Source: Camelus ferus (taxonomy: Eukaryota). Taken from it: a stretch of 64,000 bases of DNA. A model generated the notes under the pieces. The model had not been told where the DNA came from and made no database searches. It worked only from the letters and a program-made list of their open reading frames with translations. Both the position numbers and the translations under genes were made by a program. Shown piece by piece: positions 42,036 to 55,676 of the stretch (its first letter is position 1; each line of letters opens with the position of its first letter). The stretch is taken from assembly GCF_009834535.1 (NCBI RefSeq), contig NC_045697.1, positions 65,784,001 through 65,848,000 on the forward strand. Reading direction: 5' to 3'.

Positions 42036-42068
42036 GGTGGATTCTTAACAGGTGGATTCTTAACAGGT
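42036..42068. repeat. 15-bp tandem duplication GGTGGATTCTTAACA x2
   Basis: Read directly from the sequence. Confidence 0.9.
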
Positions 42069-44102
42069 ATAGCGAGAGTCTTTGACTTTTAAACTGTGCT
42101 CCCCAGATTCCAAGGGTTTTCCTCATGGGGCCGCCGCTCCGCTGAGGTGGGGCCGCTGGGCTTCAATCAGAGCAGCCCTGCTCCTGTCTCTTCATATGTT
42201 TGACTTCCAGCTACGACCTCCCTCACACTCTGAACGGCACAACACTGACACATAACCCAAACCTCAACTCGGGTGTTTTCTGAGGCAGTCCACTGTAGCC
42301 TCCAACAATTGTAATTGCCTGATGGTTCGATTATTCTTCCTCACGGCTGATCTTTGTATTGTGTTGAAAGCTGTCCCCTACTGGTCCTTTGAAATGCTGC
42401 AGAACAAGCTTCATTTCTTCTCACGTGACATCGCTCATGTGGCCCACACAGTGGATGCCCAGAATGGACCAAACTGTGATATGGTGACAGTGTCTCAGAT
42501 CCTATGACAGAGACATAGACCCGGTATCTCCAATGTCCAAAGGAGCAAAGTTCCCTTGCACTCAGGCTTGCTGGAACAAGCATGGAGCAGACATACCTGA
42601 ACAGAAAGCCCAACGAATGTTCTAAATACAGGTGGCTCTTCTAAAAAGAACGAACTAAAATTAGCCCAAACATTACAAACACCTGCCGTGTGAAAGCAGG
42701 GGTACTTGGCACCATAAGTCAAATCAAATACCTGTAGACCAACCGTGCTTGGTCCCCGCAATTGCTGTGTGCTTTTGGTTCTGAGTCTATTTCAGGGGAG
42801 TTCGGAGAGTTCAGAAAGCATCGCTAACACAGTTAAGTGAACTGAAAGAACAGAAAGTCAGGTCTGAAACACTCATCATCACCAAACCTACACTTTGAGT
42901 GTTTAAGCGGTGAGCTTTCACCAAGCAGGTGCCATTGAAAAGACTGATTTTGTTCTGGATGGTGTCTGCCAGCTTTAACTCTCTCTCAACACTGAGGTTA
43001 TGATAATGGTCTGCTTTTAGGAGGTCAAAGATGATTTCCTGATTCTAAGGGGAAAAAAAATGTCCTATATCAAATACAAAACCAGAAATTGGTAGTATAT
43101 GTCTTCATGAATTTAAGATAACTGTGATAAAACCTGCTTTTCAAATTGTTTGAGACTACAATTGCTTAAAATTTACTCTCGCTCCAGTCTCATTTTTAAA
43201 ATAAAAGCCGTGAGTCACACGCTCACACACACACACACACACACTAATCTTTCTTTCCTATCAAAGAAAACAGCACACAGATTGTGCACACAGGTTGTCT
43301 TAAACATCTATACAATGAGAGGATTTCAAGGTAGTTTGCAGAGACACATTTTCTGAATTGCACTTAGTAAAATACAAGGCATATCTCCCCAGCTACAGTT
43401 ATCTCAAATGTAGAGAGGTTTAATCCATTCTCATCAAAAGATTAAGCTTCCCGTTTCTGCTACAGTTCTCATCCTTTGCAGACCAGTATTTATGTTCTCC
43501 TAAGTACAACAACCATGGGGAGGGAGGGCATGCTGACCCGTCCCAGGCAAAGTGCTGGGCACCAGACACCACGTGTTTCACTTGATTCTCACAAAATCTC
43601 TGCACATCTGCTAGTGCTGATACTAACTGAAAGTTTAAAAACAAAACAAAAACCTAAGACTCCGGAAAGTTAAGTACTTTGGCCAAGGACAGACAGTAAG
43701 TAAGTGACCAAACCAGAATTCAAACTCACATCTCTCCGACTCAGAAACTCGTAGCCTTTCCACCCCAACCTCTGCTCCCAGGATCGGAGAGCCTTGGAGA
43801 GGAGGGAAAGGGTGCTGCTTTCATAGCCCCTCACAGCTGTGAGAAGCTTTGCACTCCTGGGATTCTTAAAGATCTACTGGTCCTCACTAGCTGATATGTT
43901 TTTGATACAGAAATTGCAAATAAAATATTCATAAAAGATGAATGTAATAGGTGCGTGCATCAGAGTAACCTAGAAAACATAAACAGACTATGACAGATTA
44001 GTGTCTGCCCCAGAGTCTGCTCAAAGCCTGTCCGACCTCCGGCTCACCCTCTTCATCTCTGCTAAAAGTGTCAGCGAACTTTCTGGTTTCCTTCCCCTCT
44101 TT

Positions 44103-44213
44103 TTTTGTAAAAATTAGGCTTATTTATTTATTTTGGGAGGAGGTATGGGGATTGAACCCAGGACCTTGGGCATGCTAAGCACATGCTCTACCACGTGAGC
44201 TACACCCTCCCCC
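44103..44213 (-). mobile_element. Camelid tRNA-derived SINE (Vic-1-like)
   Basis: The reverse complement reads GGGGGAGGGTGTAGCTCACGTGGTAGAGCATGTGCTTAGCATGCCCAAGGTCCTGGGTTCAATCCCC..., with A and B boxes. TSD CTTCCCCTCTTT at 44091-44102 and 44215-44226. Confidence 0.9.
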
Positions 44214-44739
44214 TCTTCCCCTCTTTCTTAGAGTTCCTTCAATGGAAACATTAGAAAAACAAACCCCTACTGAGCGCACACACTGCTCTGTAATGCCCCT
44301 TTCCTCCGGCCCTACAGCTATGGCAAGTTCCCTAAGCACCTAGTAGCCTCTGCTAGGAAACACTGCAATCGGTCTTCCAAGCTTCACTTTTCTCTAGCTC
44401 ACTCCTCCCATCCACCGTACTGGGTAATCTTACTAGATTTCTCAAGTCAGGTCACTCCATGGCTTAATTTTGTCACAATATTTCTACGGCCCACAAACCA
44501 ATGGCCAAGCACCTTAGCCAAGAACTTCTTCTGGCTGGAAGTTCTTCTGAGCCTTCGCAGAGGAGCAATGTTTGAGCCAAGGAGGTCGGATTCGGACAAT
44601 TAGACATATGAACGGAGGCTGTAAAAGCGATGTGCAGAGAGGGAATGGGAAATACAGCTGACAAGTGTTGGACCAGGAAGAAGGCTAGTTGGCTTGAAAG
44701 AGGCGGGGCTTATGGAGACAGACAGAAGACAGGATGGTC

Positions 44740-46950
44740 GGTTGACGCATTCAGCAACTGTATTCTGAGACTCCATTATGTAAGTGGCAGGATGCCAGGC
44801 GCTGCAGTACACATAAGCACGCAAGACTCCCGAAGCTGCAGTGGAAGAGACATCAGTGCACATGCATAATCGCCACATGAGGCAAAGTGTAATGCGCTCC
44901 GTAAAAGTGATACAACGTATTATAGGAATTCAGAGAAGGGAGAGAAGATTGTCCTCTAGAAACCCTTTCATTGAAATACAGTGGTTTTAAATGATACATG
45001 ATAAGTACTTTAAAACAGTCCAGAATGTTTTGCAAATTCAGAGAAAGGCAAGATCTTTTCTCGTCAGGGTGATAAAACCAGGTGTCTTCGTGGGAAAGAC
45101 AGTTTTGGAGTGGGGCTTATAAAAGAGTATAATTCCTACAAATATAGAAGAAGACATTTTTAGGTGAAGGGAAGGATACCGTGGAGCTCACAGAGGAGGA
45201 AAACGCAAGGCACATTTGAGAAAGAGCAAATCATTTGGCTGCAACACACGGCCCATGAAGAGCAGTAAGGACGCAAGACGACAAACCTATAAAAATCAAA
45301 CCCAGCCACTTACCTAATGTTTGAGTCTCACCCCTTTTATAATCTACCCCATTTCTGAACATCTGTGAATATTAGAAATAGGACGGTGTTTACAGTCTAC
45401 TGGGGAAAACAGGCAATTTAACAGGCGATGACAACAAATTGTGGCAAGTGCTATGGTAACGGAAACGCAAGGCGATTTGCAGCCCAGAGCAGGGCTAGGA
45501 AAAGCTCCCTGGCTGGGATTCTGAGCTAGACAGCCAGGCAGAGGAGACTGGGGCTGCTCGGCCCAGGAGACCAGCATATTCCAGGTCCGGAAGCCAGAGG
45601 GCAAGTTGTGTCCCAGGGGCTGGAGGAAGTGGCCTGAGCTGGAACTTAGAGAGAAAGGAGACTATCAAGAAAATGAAATGAAGAGGTTGGGAGCGAGCCT
45701 TGAAATGCTTCATAAGCCACGTTAAAGACTTTATATTTTTAAGGAATAAAGTTCCAGGCATCACTAGGTAGAGTTTAGAGTGGAGTAGTGGCCCGATCAT
45801 ATTCTTATTTTAAAGAATCAGTCTAGCTGCCCCAGGAGAAGGTTTTGGAGTAGAGTGAGATCTGAGGACGGCAGACCAGTTTGGAACGTCACGTGGCGAT
45901 CAAGGTGGAGCCCTAGTGTCTGGTCGTGGCAGCTGGGAAAGGAAAGCGGTGAGAAGAGTGTAGAGGGAGTTGTGCCAGGAACGGGTCTGGGTCTGGGCTT
46001 GAGGTATTTTTTGAAGTATTTAGTGTAAGTGAAATCAGGAGACATAACAAAATCATCCAAATAATAAGTGGGTTTATTTTGCAGAAAATAAGATCTGGAC
46101 ACAAAACCCAGAGGAAGATCAACCTTTAATCAAAAGTCAAAAGAGTATATGGTTAAACAAATATGGACAGAAACTATAGATGCGAGTCTCGGAAGTCAAG
46201 GGAGGAGAGTATTTCGGTGGACAGTGGCCGACATTGTCAAGAGCTCCTCCCCCCCCCCCCCCCCCCCGTTAGAATTAGCCACGTGAGGTCCTCCCGATCT
46301 TGGCAAGAACAGTGCTGGGGAGAATGGGGAGGCTGAATCCAGACTGCATTTGGTGGAAGAATAAGAGGAAGGCGTAAACACTGCTCTTCCAAGGAATATG
46401 GTGAGGAAGGAGAGAAGGGAAAAGGAGCAGTGCCCAGAGGAGAGCGTAGGGCCCAAGAAGAGTGTTTGTTTCCATGACAGGAGAGACTTGAGCGCATTGA
46501 GATGCAGGAGGAAGGAACCAGGATAAGGTCAATGTCGAGAGTCCGGTAGCAGGTTGGGTGTTCAAAAGGCAAAAGGGAAGGGGCCCAGGGCACAGTTCAT
46601 TTTCACTAGGAGAAAGGACACGTATTTTACTGAAAGTGTGTGACAGGGCAAAAAAGGCTGAGAGTGAATACAAGTCAATGTCTATGTTCCACAGCAGGCT
46701 GTTTAGTGAGAGCTTTGTTGGACTCTAGTTTCTATAAGATAGAGAAAGCAAATCACTGGTGAGGGTCAAGTGTCAGAGATTTTAGAGGAATAACGAATGG
46801 AGAGCTTGCCAGAGCCACGCGGTCAGACTACTGTGCGGCTTTGGGGGCTCAGCTGAGGTTGGAGGCCATGGCCTTGTTGTGGCCTGGTCTGTGCGGTTGT
46901 AATTTTTTTCAATCATTCTCAGCAGCTTCTGTTCAGCCACAGGAAGACAG
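44740..46950 (-). mobile_element. Cluster of antisense LINE-2 fragments
   Basis: Repeated L2-like purine-rich motifs (CATTCAGCAACTGTATT...GCCAGGCGCTG; AAGTGCTATGG; AAGCCACGTTAAAGACTTT; GATGCAGGAGGAAGG). Boundaries are approximate. Confidence 0.55.
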
Positions 46951-48688
46951 AGAGTTAGATTTAACCACAGCTGTAGATTTTACATAATTATGAATAAATA
47001 ACTGTGACCATTCAATGTAGTACTAAAAAAAGTTCATCTTAATGAGGTGTCCCTGGGGTACATGAAGCAGAGGCGGCCATATGAAGCAGGGTAAATGATG
47101 CTCCTCACTAGAAAAGAGCCCCCCCCCCCAGTCTGAGTGGCATAATATAACAGAGTATTTTTCACTTACACCAAGTTCAAAGACAAGCGGATGGCTGTCT
47201 TTCACGCGGCGACTTTGGACGGGGCCCCTTCTATCCAGCGGCTCTCTTGCCGCAGGCCAGTGCAGCCCTCCTACAGCTCTTCTGCATCTGCAGGCAGACC
47301 ACGTAGGGAGGGAGCACAGAGGACCATGGGCATTTCAGTGCCCAGGTCTGGAAGGCGTGCTCTTCACTCAGAGTCCATTGGCTTCCATGGGGCCACGTGG
47401 TAAGCAGATGCGGTGAGCATCTGACCTCACTGCCGCAGAGGCACAGTCAAGTTAGAAGGCTTCGTAGTAAGCTAAACATAAAGAAATAACAGGCCAAACG
47501 AGACAAAAAGTGGCCCAGATAAAAATGAAAGCAGATTGATTTTTTTGAGAAAATCAATAGCATTTGGTGATTGCTGAGATCAAAGATAATAAACAAAGGT
47601 TTCTCTAAAGCACATTAAAAAGAATTAACAGGTCAAGATCCAGGACCAGTGAGGCCTAACCAAACCATCCTGATTAAAGTTATGACCCATTCCCCCAACA
47701 TTCTCCATCTCCCCTTCCATGGCCCAGCTCTTCGTCAGAGAGCGTGTGATTTACCGTGTGCTTCAACCTAACATACTAGGTGATTTACTGACTTGGCATT
47801 GTCTTTCTCCTTCCACCCTCATGTAAACAAACTGAGGGCAGAATTTTCACTATGATATTCATTACTCTCTCCTCAGTGCCTATGATAGGGTCTGGCAGAT
47901 GGAGGGTCACTGATGAATGACTGAATATCACAAGATTAACAAGGCCCATCAGGGTAAGGTCAAGTTGAAGTGGGAACCACCATATTTACCTAGGCTGGCT
48001 CAGCGGCAGGAAGGGGACGAAGACTCCAACATCATGACAGAGGTTCAGGGCTGGTTATCTGGAGGAACAGTAGCCTCAGGGAGGAGGTTTTGTATGTGGA
48101 GTGAAAATGAGATTTGGTTTTATAAATATATTTGAAAAGAAGGTAAAATATCCAGGTGGATGTATTCAGCAAGGCATTGGAAATGTAGACCCTGGGTTTA
48201 GCCAAAACTTTCAGAATTAAAGTCTCAGGATAAAAAGATAAAGTTATTCAATGGGCAATGAAGTGTTTGAAAATTATGTGATCTAAGGAACATTGGGGGA
48301 TAGTTAATCTAGTGGCTTCCTATGGGACAGAATAAAAATATCACAATAAATTCTGTCTAAAAGATATTCTCATAGGGAAAATATTGTATTATTTAAATCA
48401 ATATCAGTGTACTTACATGAGATGTACCGTGTACACGAAAAGAAATCCGAAACTCTCACGGCTCTCCAGCCGAAAGACCGTCAGCATCTCCGCCCCCTTG
48501 TGGTGGTTCTGGAGAGAAGCAGGCTGACCCCTGGCGGAGCCCAGACTAACTGTCCTTGACCAAAACGCAAAAGAAACCATCTTCTCATTATTCTGTAGCT
48601 GAGTCCCTGGGAAATAGAGAAATAAACGTTTTTTCTCCTCACAGGCTTTCTCTCCTTCACCAACCTCCCAAGTAATAGCTAGAACATG

Positions 48689-48690
<2 letters not shown>

Positions 48691-48750
<60 letters not shown>
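48691..48750. repeat. Perfect (AAT)20 microsatellite
   Basis: Read directly from the sequence. Confidence 0.97.
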
Positions 48751-48751
<1 letters not shown>

Positions 48752-50939
48752 GGCAAAAATCTGAGTCAACAAATGCAAATACTGGATAACAACATGTCTG
48801 TCATTCGGATTTTCAGTAAATAGCCACTAAATAGGTTTTAATTGCTATTCTAAATGTTTGTTTTTGAACTTCATCTAAATTAGTTATTATGAAATTTAAT
48901 AGGGCATTACTAAAAATACTAATTTCATATCTACGTGTAAAAATTCTTAGAAATATTGACGATAATGTCCCAGCTCCACACCAGTTAACAATTAGGGGTT
49001 TTCTAGTGAAGAAATAGCTAGTGTTCCAGTAATGACTTCACTTCATAGAGCAGTTAGGCTGATACCGAGCTAATGCATCCTCCTATGTAGTGTGCCAAGG
49101 GGTAACTTACCCAGTGACCCCAACATGATCATGACAAAAATCAATTTTCTAATCCAGCACACAGCACAAAAAAAGGACATTCTCATGACATTTTTGAGAT
49201 CACATTTTTACAATTTTTTCTTCATAAAACATTGGCTGAAATTACAATGAAATATCCCACATGGCTTCATATTTTTCTATTCTCATTAGAATAATATGGG
49301 TCATACTGAACTATATTTTTTAAAAAATTCAAATAAGATCAGTTTGAGAGCAATTTTGGAGGCAAATTGTTATATAAAACTTAAGTATCTATAGACTTTC
49401 TAAAACTGATAGAGAATCTGAACCTCTAGAGAATTTTTAAAAATTCCAACCATTTTAAAGAATATTTAAAAAACTGAAGTTTCCCTGTAGATAGCAAACT
49501 ATAAACAACAATTTCCCTTGATTACTTTTTAGAATACACTACAATAAAATGAGCATGGATAAGTCAATATAATTATCTAAAGTGATTATTTAGAATCTAA
49601 GATAGAAAATAAGATAAAATAAAAAGAGTCTTCAGTTTACAAAACGTTCATTTTCAGAAGTTCATTTACAAGTCACTGACTTTGAACACATAGTATATGA
49701 TTCCCATGGAGGGGAAAAGATACATATAATAGTTGCTTTTAAGGTTAGTCTTCAAGAATGTTATTTAACCATTAACATTGTTAAAATATTTTTAATAAAA
49801 TGTTTTAAAGGTATTTTTACGTTAAATAGGTCCGTGTACTAAGAGAAAATATAATAGTATGAAAGAGTATAACATTTAAAATATTTTTAGAATACTGGTA
49901 TCCTGAGAAAATAGATTAATGTCATCATCAAGGACATGGAGTCTAAAGGCTAGGGTTTAAATCCATCATTTGTCAGCTGTGTTACCCAAGGCAAGTTACT
50001 CAGTGTCTCTGTGTTTCATTTTTTTAACCTACAAAATGAAAATAATAATAGGATATCCTACATACTATCCTGAAAGAATTTGATTTCTTAACATTAAATG
50101 GAAAGCACTGTGAACTGTTTCCTTGTTCACAGTAGGCTCAAAATAGTGTTATAATGTTATTATGTTGCACACATTTCTGCCTAATATAATGCACCAATAA
50201 TTTAAAAAATAGACATGAGAGTAAAAAATATGATGAAAGCTAGCTTATATCTTTCAAGCCAATTCTATGGAAGCCAAGAGATGTCCAAATGAAAATATAT
50301 GCCCCACTCTACTACTTAGCAATTTTGTACAATCTTGTGAAACTTTGCAATTAAAAGTAAAATATGTATTTTTTTAAAAAAATTCAAATTTTAGAAGTAT
50401 AAATTTTATTCTAAAGAAAGTAGCCTTTTAAAACTATGCAATAAAATTATTTCACTATGCCTTCAGGGTCAAATTGTTTTTCTGATTATGTACTAGAATA
50501 TGTTTTCTCTTAACTATCTTTGAGCTTTAAGAACTCAAGGAAGTTTCAGCGATAATATACAAAGATCATATCTAAAGACAAGTTGAAACTTGGTGAAGTA
50601 AGCCTATTTAAAGATGCTCAACCAAACTCATACTAAAGTTACAGGCTTTTAATGCTTAAAAGAATACTTTCTATTTTCTGTCAAAAAGAAGGAAAAGAAA
50701 AGAAAGACTGCTAACATTAGGGAGATACTCAGTTTTTAGGCTTTTATCCATTAAAACTAAGCTCATCTACAAATTGAAACAGAAACAGACAAAGAGATCG
50801 AGGCAATTTCTGGCACCACAAACATCTGACGTTAGCCGAAGCAATGACATGTGTACACCGAGCTCCCTTCTTTTCCTCTCTCCAGTTGCTCCTTAGGGAA
50901 GAAGTAACACTAACTTGCGCTCCTCTATACTGTGACTCC

Positions 50940-50973
50940 CTGCTGTCTTCTACAAGGCCAGATGGTGGCGCTG
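50940..50973 (+). promoter_or_regulatory. Candidate CTCF site with upstream motif, overlapping a bHLH E-box
   Basis: CTGCTGTCTT-N6-GGCCAGATGGTGGCGCTG. The core matches CCASYAGRKGGCRS at 12 of 14 positions, and a CTGCAGT-like upstream module is present. Confidence 0.5.
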
Positions 50974-53900
50974 TGGCACCATTTGTCGAGATTTACTCTT
51001 GCCTCAGTTTTCTATAAGCAACAGCGTTTTGTGAAAAGATTCAAGCCCTCTTTTGAAAAAGAAATTATTTTAAAAGTACTTTATTCTTCTCTTTAGTGGT
51101 AGGTAAGCTCAACATTTAAGTCCTTTGATTATTTTATTTTTTACTCTCTTTACAGGTTTACAAACCTATAAATAAAGATGTACTTTCTAAAAGATTGAGA
51201 CTAGGTGGCGATATTGTGAGTTATTGTTTTTCTCTTAGTTCATGAGAATAAAAAACGAAAAGAAATGAGTATTTTTTTACATAGTATTTTTAGGTATCCA
51301 TAATTTATATTTAAAATCTTACAACTCCTCACCCCAACCTACTGCCCAAATCTTCAGAAAAAGACTTTTCTCGACAAAAGTAAACTCAGTTTTAATCCCA
51401 GTCCTCTCTCTAGCCCTCTCAAAGCTTGGTGAGGATACTTTTTCGTCTGGAAAGTGATGTTATGTGGTCAGCTGGGTGATGCACACGTCCCTGCCTCTGA
51501 TTATCCTGAACAGCTGACCCTGCTGATCTCATTAAACCACCTAATTTTTTGCAAGTCTGAGTTTTATCAGACTTACACCTCGGAGATGAAAAGTGAAAAC
51601 TGAATTGGCTGAAGCAAAGTTGTGAATTGGGCTATTTTCTTCCCCATTTACACTACTGTCAAGCTACTTCTCCTTTTACTTTTGGTCCACTGGGGACAAA
51701 AATCACGCAGGGCAACCCCACCCTTCCCCCTCCGCCCAACCTGTGGTGCTGAACAAAGCGAACGTCGGAACAACAGAAATCAGCGCGACTATTGGTACCA
51801 GGGCCAAGTAGACCTACTGCAGGTGAAAACTGAAGCCCGAGAAGGAGGACATCACACAAAGGCAACATGCGCTTTTAGTGTATACAGTGGGGGCACCTGT
51901 GACCCATGTGATCCTGGTGAATGAACGAGGGGGGAGGTTCCAGCGGGAGGTGCCGCCTCCCCAGCCCAGGGCCACACCTACTGCACTGACTTAGGGTTTC
52001 ACAGGGTTCCTCACCTCTTCTAGGTAAATTGCGAAGCAGGGTGTATGTAATTTAACTGCAGTTCCCTATAACTACTGTTTTAACCTACTTTTTTTCCTGT
52101 CGAAATTAGGTTCTTTTTCAAACAAAACGTTATGCTGATTCCCAATATGCCAAACAAATCAAAGCAGTATTTTTAAACGTAATTCATAACTTAAAATGTA
52201 TGAAATTTACTTATTAAAAGGCAGTAAGTGAGGGAAATGGGTGACTGTACTAGACCAAAGTCTAAGCATTCGGCTTATTTTGGTGTGTTGATGGACCCAC
52301 AAAAGAAAGCAGTTTAAGAGCTTGCATGCTCCGCAGCACTTGGGGGAGCCGTTCCTCTCCTGTTTTGATGGTGCCCTTTCCTTCCGAGACAAAAAAAAAA
52401 AAAAAAAAAAAAAATTACAGTTGGCGTAGTTGAGTTCAATAATGAAGATACAGACACTTATCTGTAACACACTTTAAAAGGCATTGTTCTAGAACAGTGC
52501 CCTGACTTTTCCCCCCCAATTCCATTTTATTAGGCAAGTTCTAACATCTCCGTGTGGAGTTGGTCGTAAATGAGAATCTTTTCCAACCTGGTTCTATGGG
52601 AATTTCAACCATTCTTGAAGGTAGTCCATAATTTAACATGCCTTTTCTATTTCTATTATCCTAGTTCTAATTATCTTCTAAAACTCTAATATTGAGTGGC
52701 ACTTTAAAACCAATTATTTGAAGGAACATCTTTCCAAATTCCACAGTGCTCCTTAGTCCTTTGGGAACAAGGACACACAATTCAAGAAGGCTTTTCTGAT
52801 GAACAGTGAGGTGAGGCTGCGCCTGGAAGCTTCAGAAGCCCCAAGGACGCAGGGAAAAGGAAAGCAAGCGCGATGAAGAGCCTCTCTCCTTCGTGGGCTT
52901 TCCTCATCCAGTTTTCTCAGCTTGGCGCTCTCCAGAGCCTTTAAAATCAAAGGGGGAACATGAGATGAGAAGAGGGGAAATGCCAAGAACCCTGCCTTTT
53001 GTCAGGGACCAGTTCTGGGTTCTCATCCTAAACTAATGTGGAATTCTCTTTAAAAAATGAAAAGGCTTTCTTCTTTTCCCCATCTGCCGAAACATAATTA
53101 ATAACATGATTTACCTGATTGCAGATTTTCTTTAAGGAAGCTGGGACTAAGATGATAGAGTATAATTTGTTTCCATCATAAATGCTTCTCCAAACTATAA
53201 GATCAAATTCCTAACAGAAATTCTATCAGGGTGTCCCTAATCCAGAGCGTAAATGAGAGGTTCCTTTTGAGATGGCAGTGATATGTCTGTGGAGTTTTAT
53301 TTCCAGGGAGACAGGGCAGGATTTGCTGCTATGCAGACTGAATAATGTTGGAAGCCAACATCATGTCACATTTTGTGTGCACTTTCCAAAGATTAATCCA
53401 AGCGTTACAAATGGGACACAGACTGCCATTGTCCCAGGGACACTTTAATAACCCACACCTACAATATTCAACCTGTTGTTTGCATAGGGACAACTTTGGG
53501 ACACAAAAACCCACCAGAACGACTTGGGGAAAGGAGCCATGGAGAGGCAGAGACCCAGGCGCCATGGCCCCTCCACATTTCATCCTTCATGGCAAATGAG
53601 TCTGTTTGGAGTTTATTTATGCTTGAGGATGGGGGTCGGGCAGCTCGCTCTCTCCAAAGCACCTCAGCAAGCATGTCTTCAATCTGCTGTGGCTAACTCA
53701 GTTTCTTCCTCACACTATCCTTTTAACAGGCTTTGCCAGCTTGCAGATAATTTTGGTTTTGTTTTGCATCATGCAGCTCAAATTAAGTGAAAACGGCACA
53801 TGCCCTCCGGATTTCAATTGTGCCTGGCCAGTTTCTTCCTTTATTTCTCTCCCCACCCCCCTCTTTTCTTACGATTCCTAGCATCTGTTGTTCTACTGGG

Positions 53901-54879
53901 ATACCCTTTGTGGACGGATGACTGGGGGAAAGTGTCAGTAGGAAAAGCTTGCAAGAGGAATCTGAGAAGAGCTAGTAATGTCCACATTCTCCAGTTCATC
54001 ATCCCTAAGTACTCCTGTAAAATGCTTCACTATTATTACAATTTCATTTACTTAAGAAAACAAACTCTAATGGCCTAGGAGATCAGAATTGATGACTAAG
54101 TTCCAGACTGAGTTTAAAATATCAGTAACATATTTTTCATACAAGGTGGCTTTATGTAGAGACAAATATTTAAGATTATAATGAGACGAATCAGAAGTAG
54201 TGATATACTTAATCCTCAGCCTTTTGAACAGGATCATGAAAATGATTTTTTTCCTTTTCATAATACATTACCATCTTAGCACACAGTAGCACATCTGTTA
54301 CAGATGAAAAAACTCAAAGCCAAGAGAGATTTTTCAAGAAAAACACTTTGGGGAGATCATAATGAGGATAAAAGATTTACAGAAGCATCATGAAGGAAAA
54401 GATTATGCACGTATACAATACATATAATAATATCAAAAGGAAACCATACACAGTTCACTTAATTTCCACCTTAATAACAGGTTTCCATTATGTGAAAAAT
54501 GACAAGAGACAGAGGAAAACTAACAGCACACATTTTGCTAAAGGACACGCTCCTATAATTTAAACTCAAACTTGGCACCTATTTAAATAAGTATCAATAA
54601 ATCTGTAACAATATAACTTTTCAAATTTGCTTTCAGCAGTTGATATAATTTTTTAAAACTTAAAATTATTGCATTTCTTTACTATAAATTTTTATTATCT
54701 TTCTCGTAACCAGGAGAGTAAGTATAGGCTTTGTGACCTCTGTAAATGTTATTAACCTTGAGATATGAAAATAATATGATTGACATAGGAATATGTATGT
54801 GATGCTGTCAGTCGTGAGTCTTAAAAGCAAGTACATGAAGAACACAGTAAGGATCGTGTGAAAATCGAGTGTAGACTGG

Positions 54880-55348
54880 TCTTTATCAGCTTAGCTTGAG
54901 GCGATTGTGAGGGAGCTGGTGGGGGGAAGGCCTGCAGGAGTGTGTGCCAGTTTGTCCTCTGCTCAGGGTCTCCCAAGGCTGAATTAAAGCTGTTGGGAGC
55001 CAGGGGTTCTTTTCCAAGTTCACTCGCTGGAAGGACTCAGTTCCTTGCGGTTGTGGGACTGAGGCTCCGATGTTCTTGCTGCTGCAGTTCCTTCCCACCT
55101 GGCCGTTCCCATAGGCACCCCTCCCCGGACTTCAAATCCCTCTGACTTCTGGCAGGCCCCACCCTTTCGAAGGCCTAACCAGGTCATCTGACTTTTGGTT
55201 AACTCTAAGTTAACTGACTAGTAACCATAGGAGCAATACCTCATCACACTCACAGGTCCAGCCTACCCTCAAAGTGAGAGGATTACCTGGAACTCACACA
55301 GTGGCATGTGGGAATTTGGAGGGCCATCTTGGAATTCCGGCTACCACA
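54880..55348 (-). mobile_element. MaLR LTR (MLT1-type)
   Basis: GCTCAGGGTCTCCCAAGGCTG...TTCCAAGTTCACTC...CAGTTCCTTGCGGTTGTGGGACTGAGG...GGGCCATCTTGGAATTCCGGCTACCACA. Confidence 0.75.
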
Positions 55349-55528
55349 TGAGCTAATTATGGATGGAGAAAGGGTTGTGAAGGAACTAAAGTAAAAGATT
55401 GGGGAGGAAGGAATTTATTTAGAGAGAGTGGTCAGAAAAGGCCTCCCTGGGGCAGTAATCTTTGATCTGAGACTTGAAGGGCTGCACATGAGCCTTCATG
55501 GGAATGCACTTCAAAAGGGTATTGGGGT

Positions 55529-55676
55529 GGGGAGGGTACAGCACAGTGGTAGAGTGAGTGCTCAGCATGCACGAAGTCCTGGGTTCAATCCCCAGTACCT
55601 CCATTTAAAAAATAAATAAATAAACCTAATTACCCGCCCCACACCAAAAAACAAACAAAAGTAAAAAATAAAATTT
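55529..55676 (+). mobile_element. Camelid tRNA-derived SINE (Vic-1-like)
   Basis: GGGGAGGGTACAGCACAGTGGTAGAG...GGTTCAATCCCCAGTACCTCC with an A-rich tail. Imperfect 16-bp TSD AAAAGGGTATTGGGGT (55513-55528) / AAAAGAGTATTGTGTT (55677-55692). Confidence 0.9.

Noticed and set aside
44103..44213. tRNA gene (also at 39759 and 55529)
   Set aside because: A/B boxes are present, but the A-rich tails, TSDs and lack of a proper acceptor stem indicate SINEs.
48413..48778. ORF with a poly-tyrosine run
   Set aside because: An artefact of the (AAT)20 microsatellite.
52924..52944. REST/NRSE site
   Set aside because: Only one half-site resembles the consensus (GGCGCTCTCC); the other half does not match.
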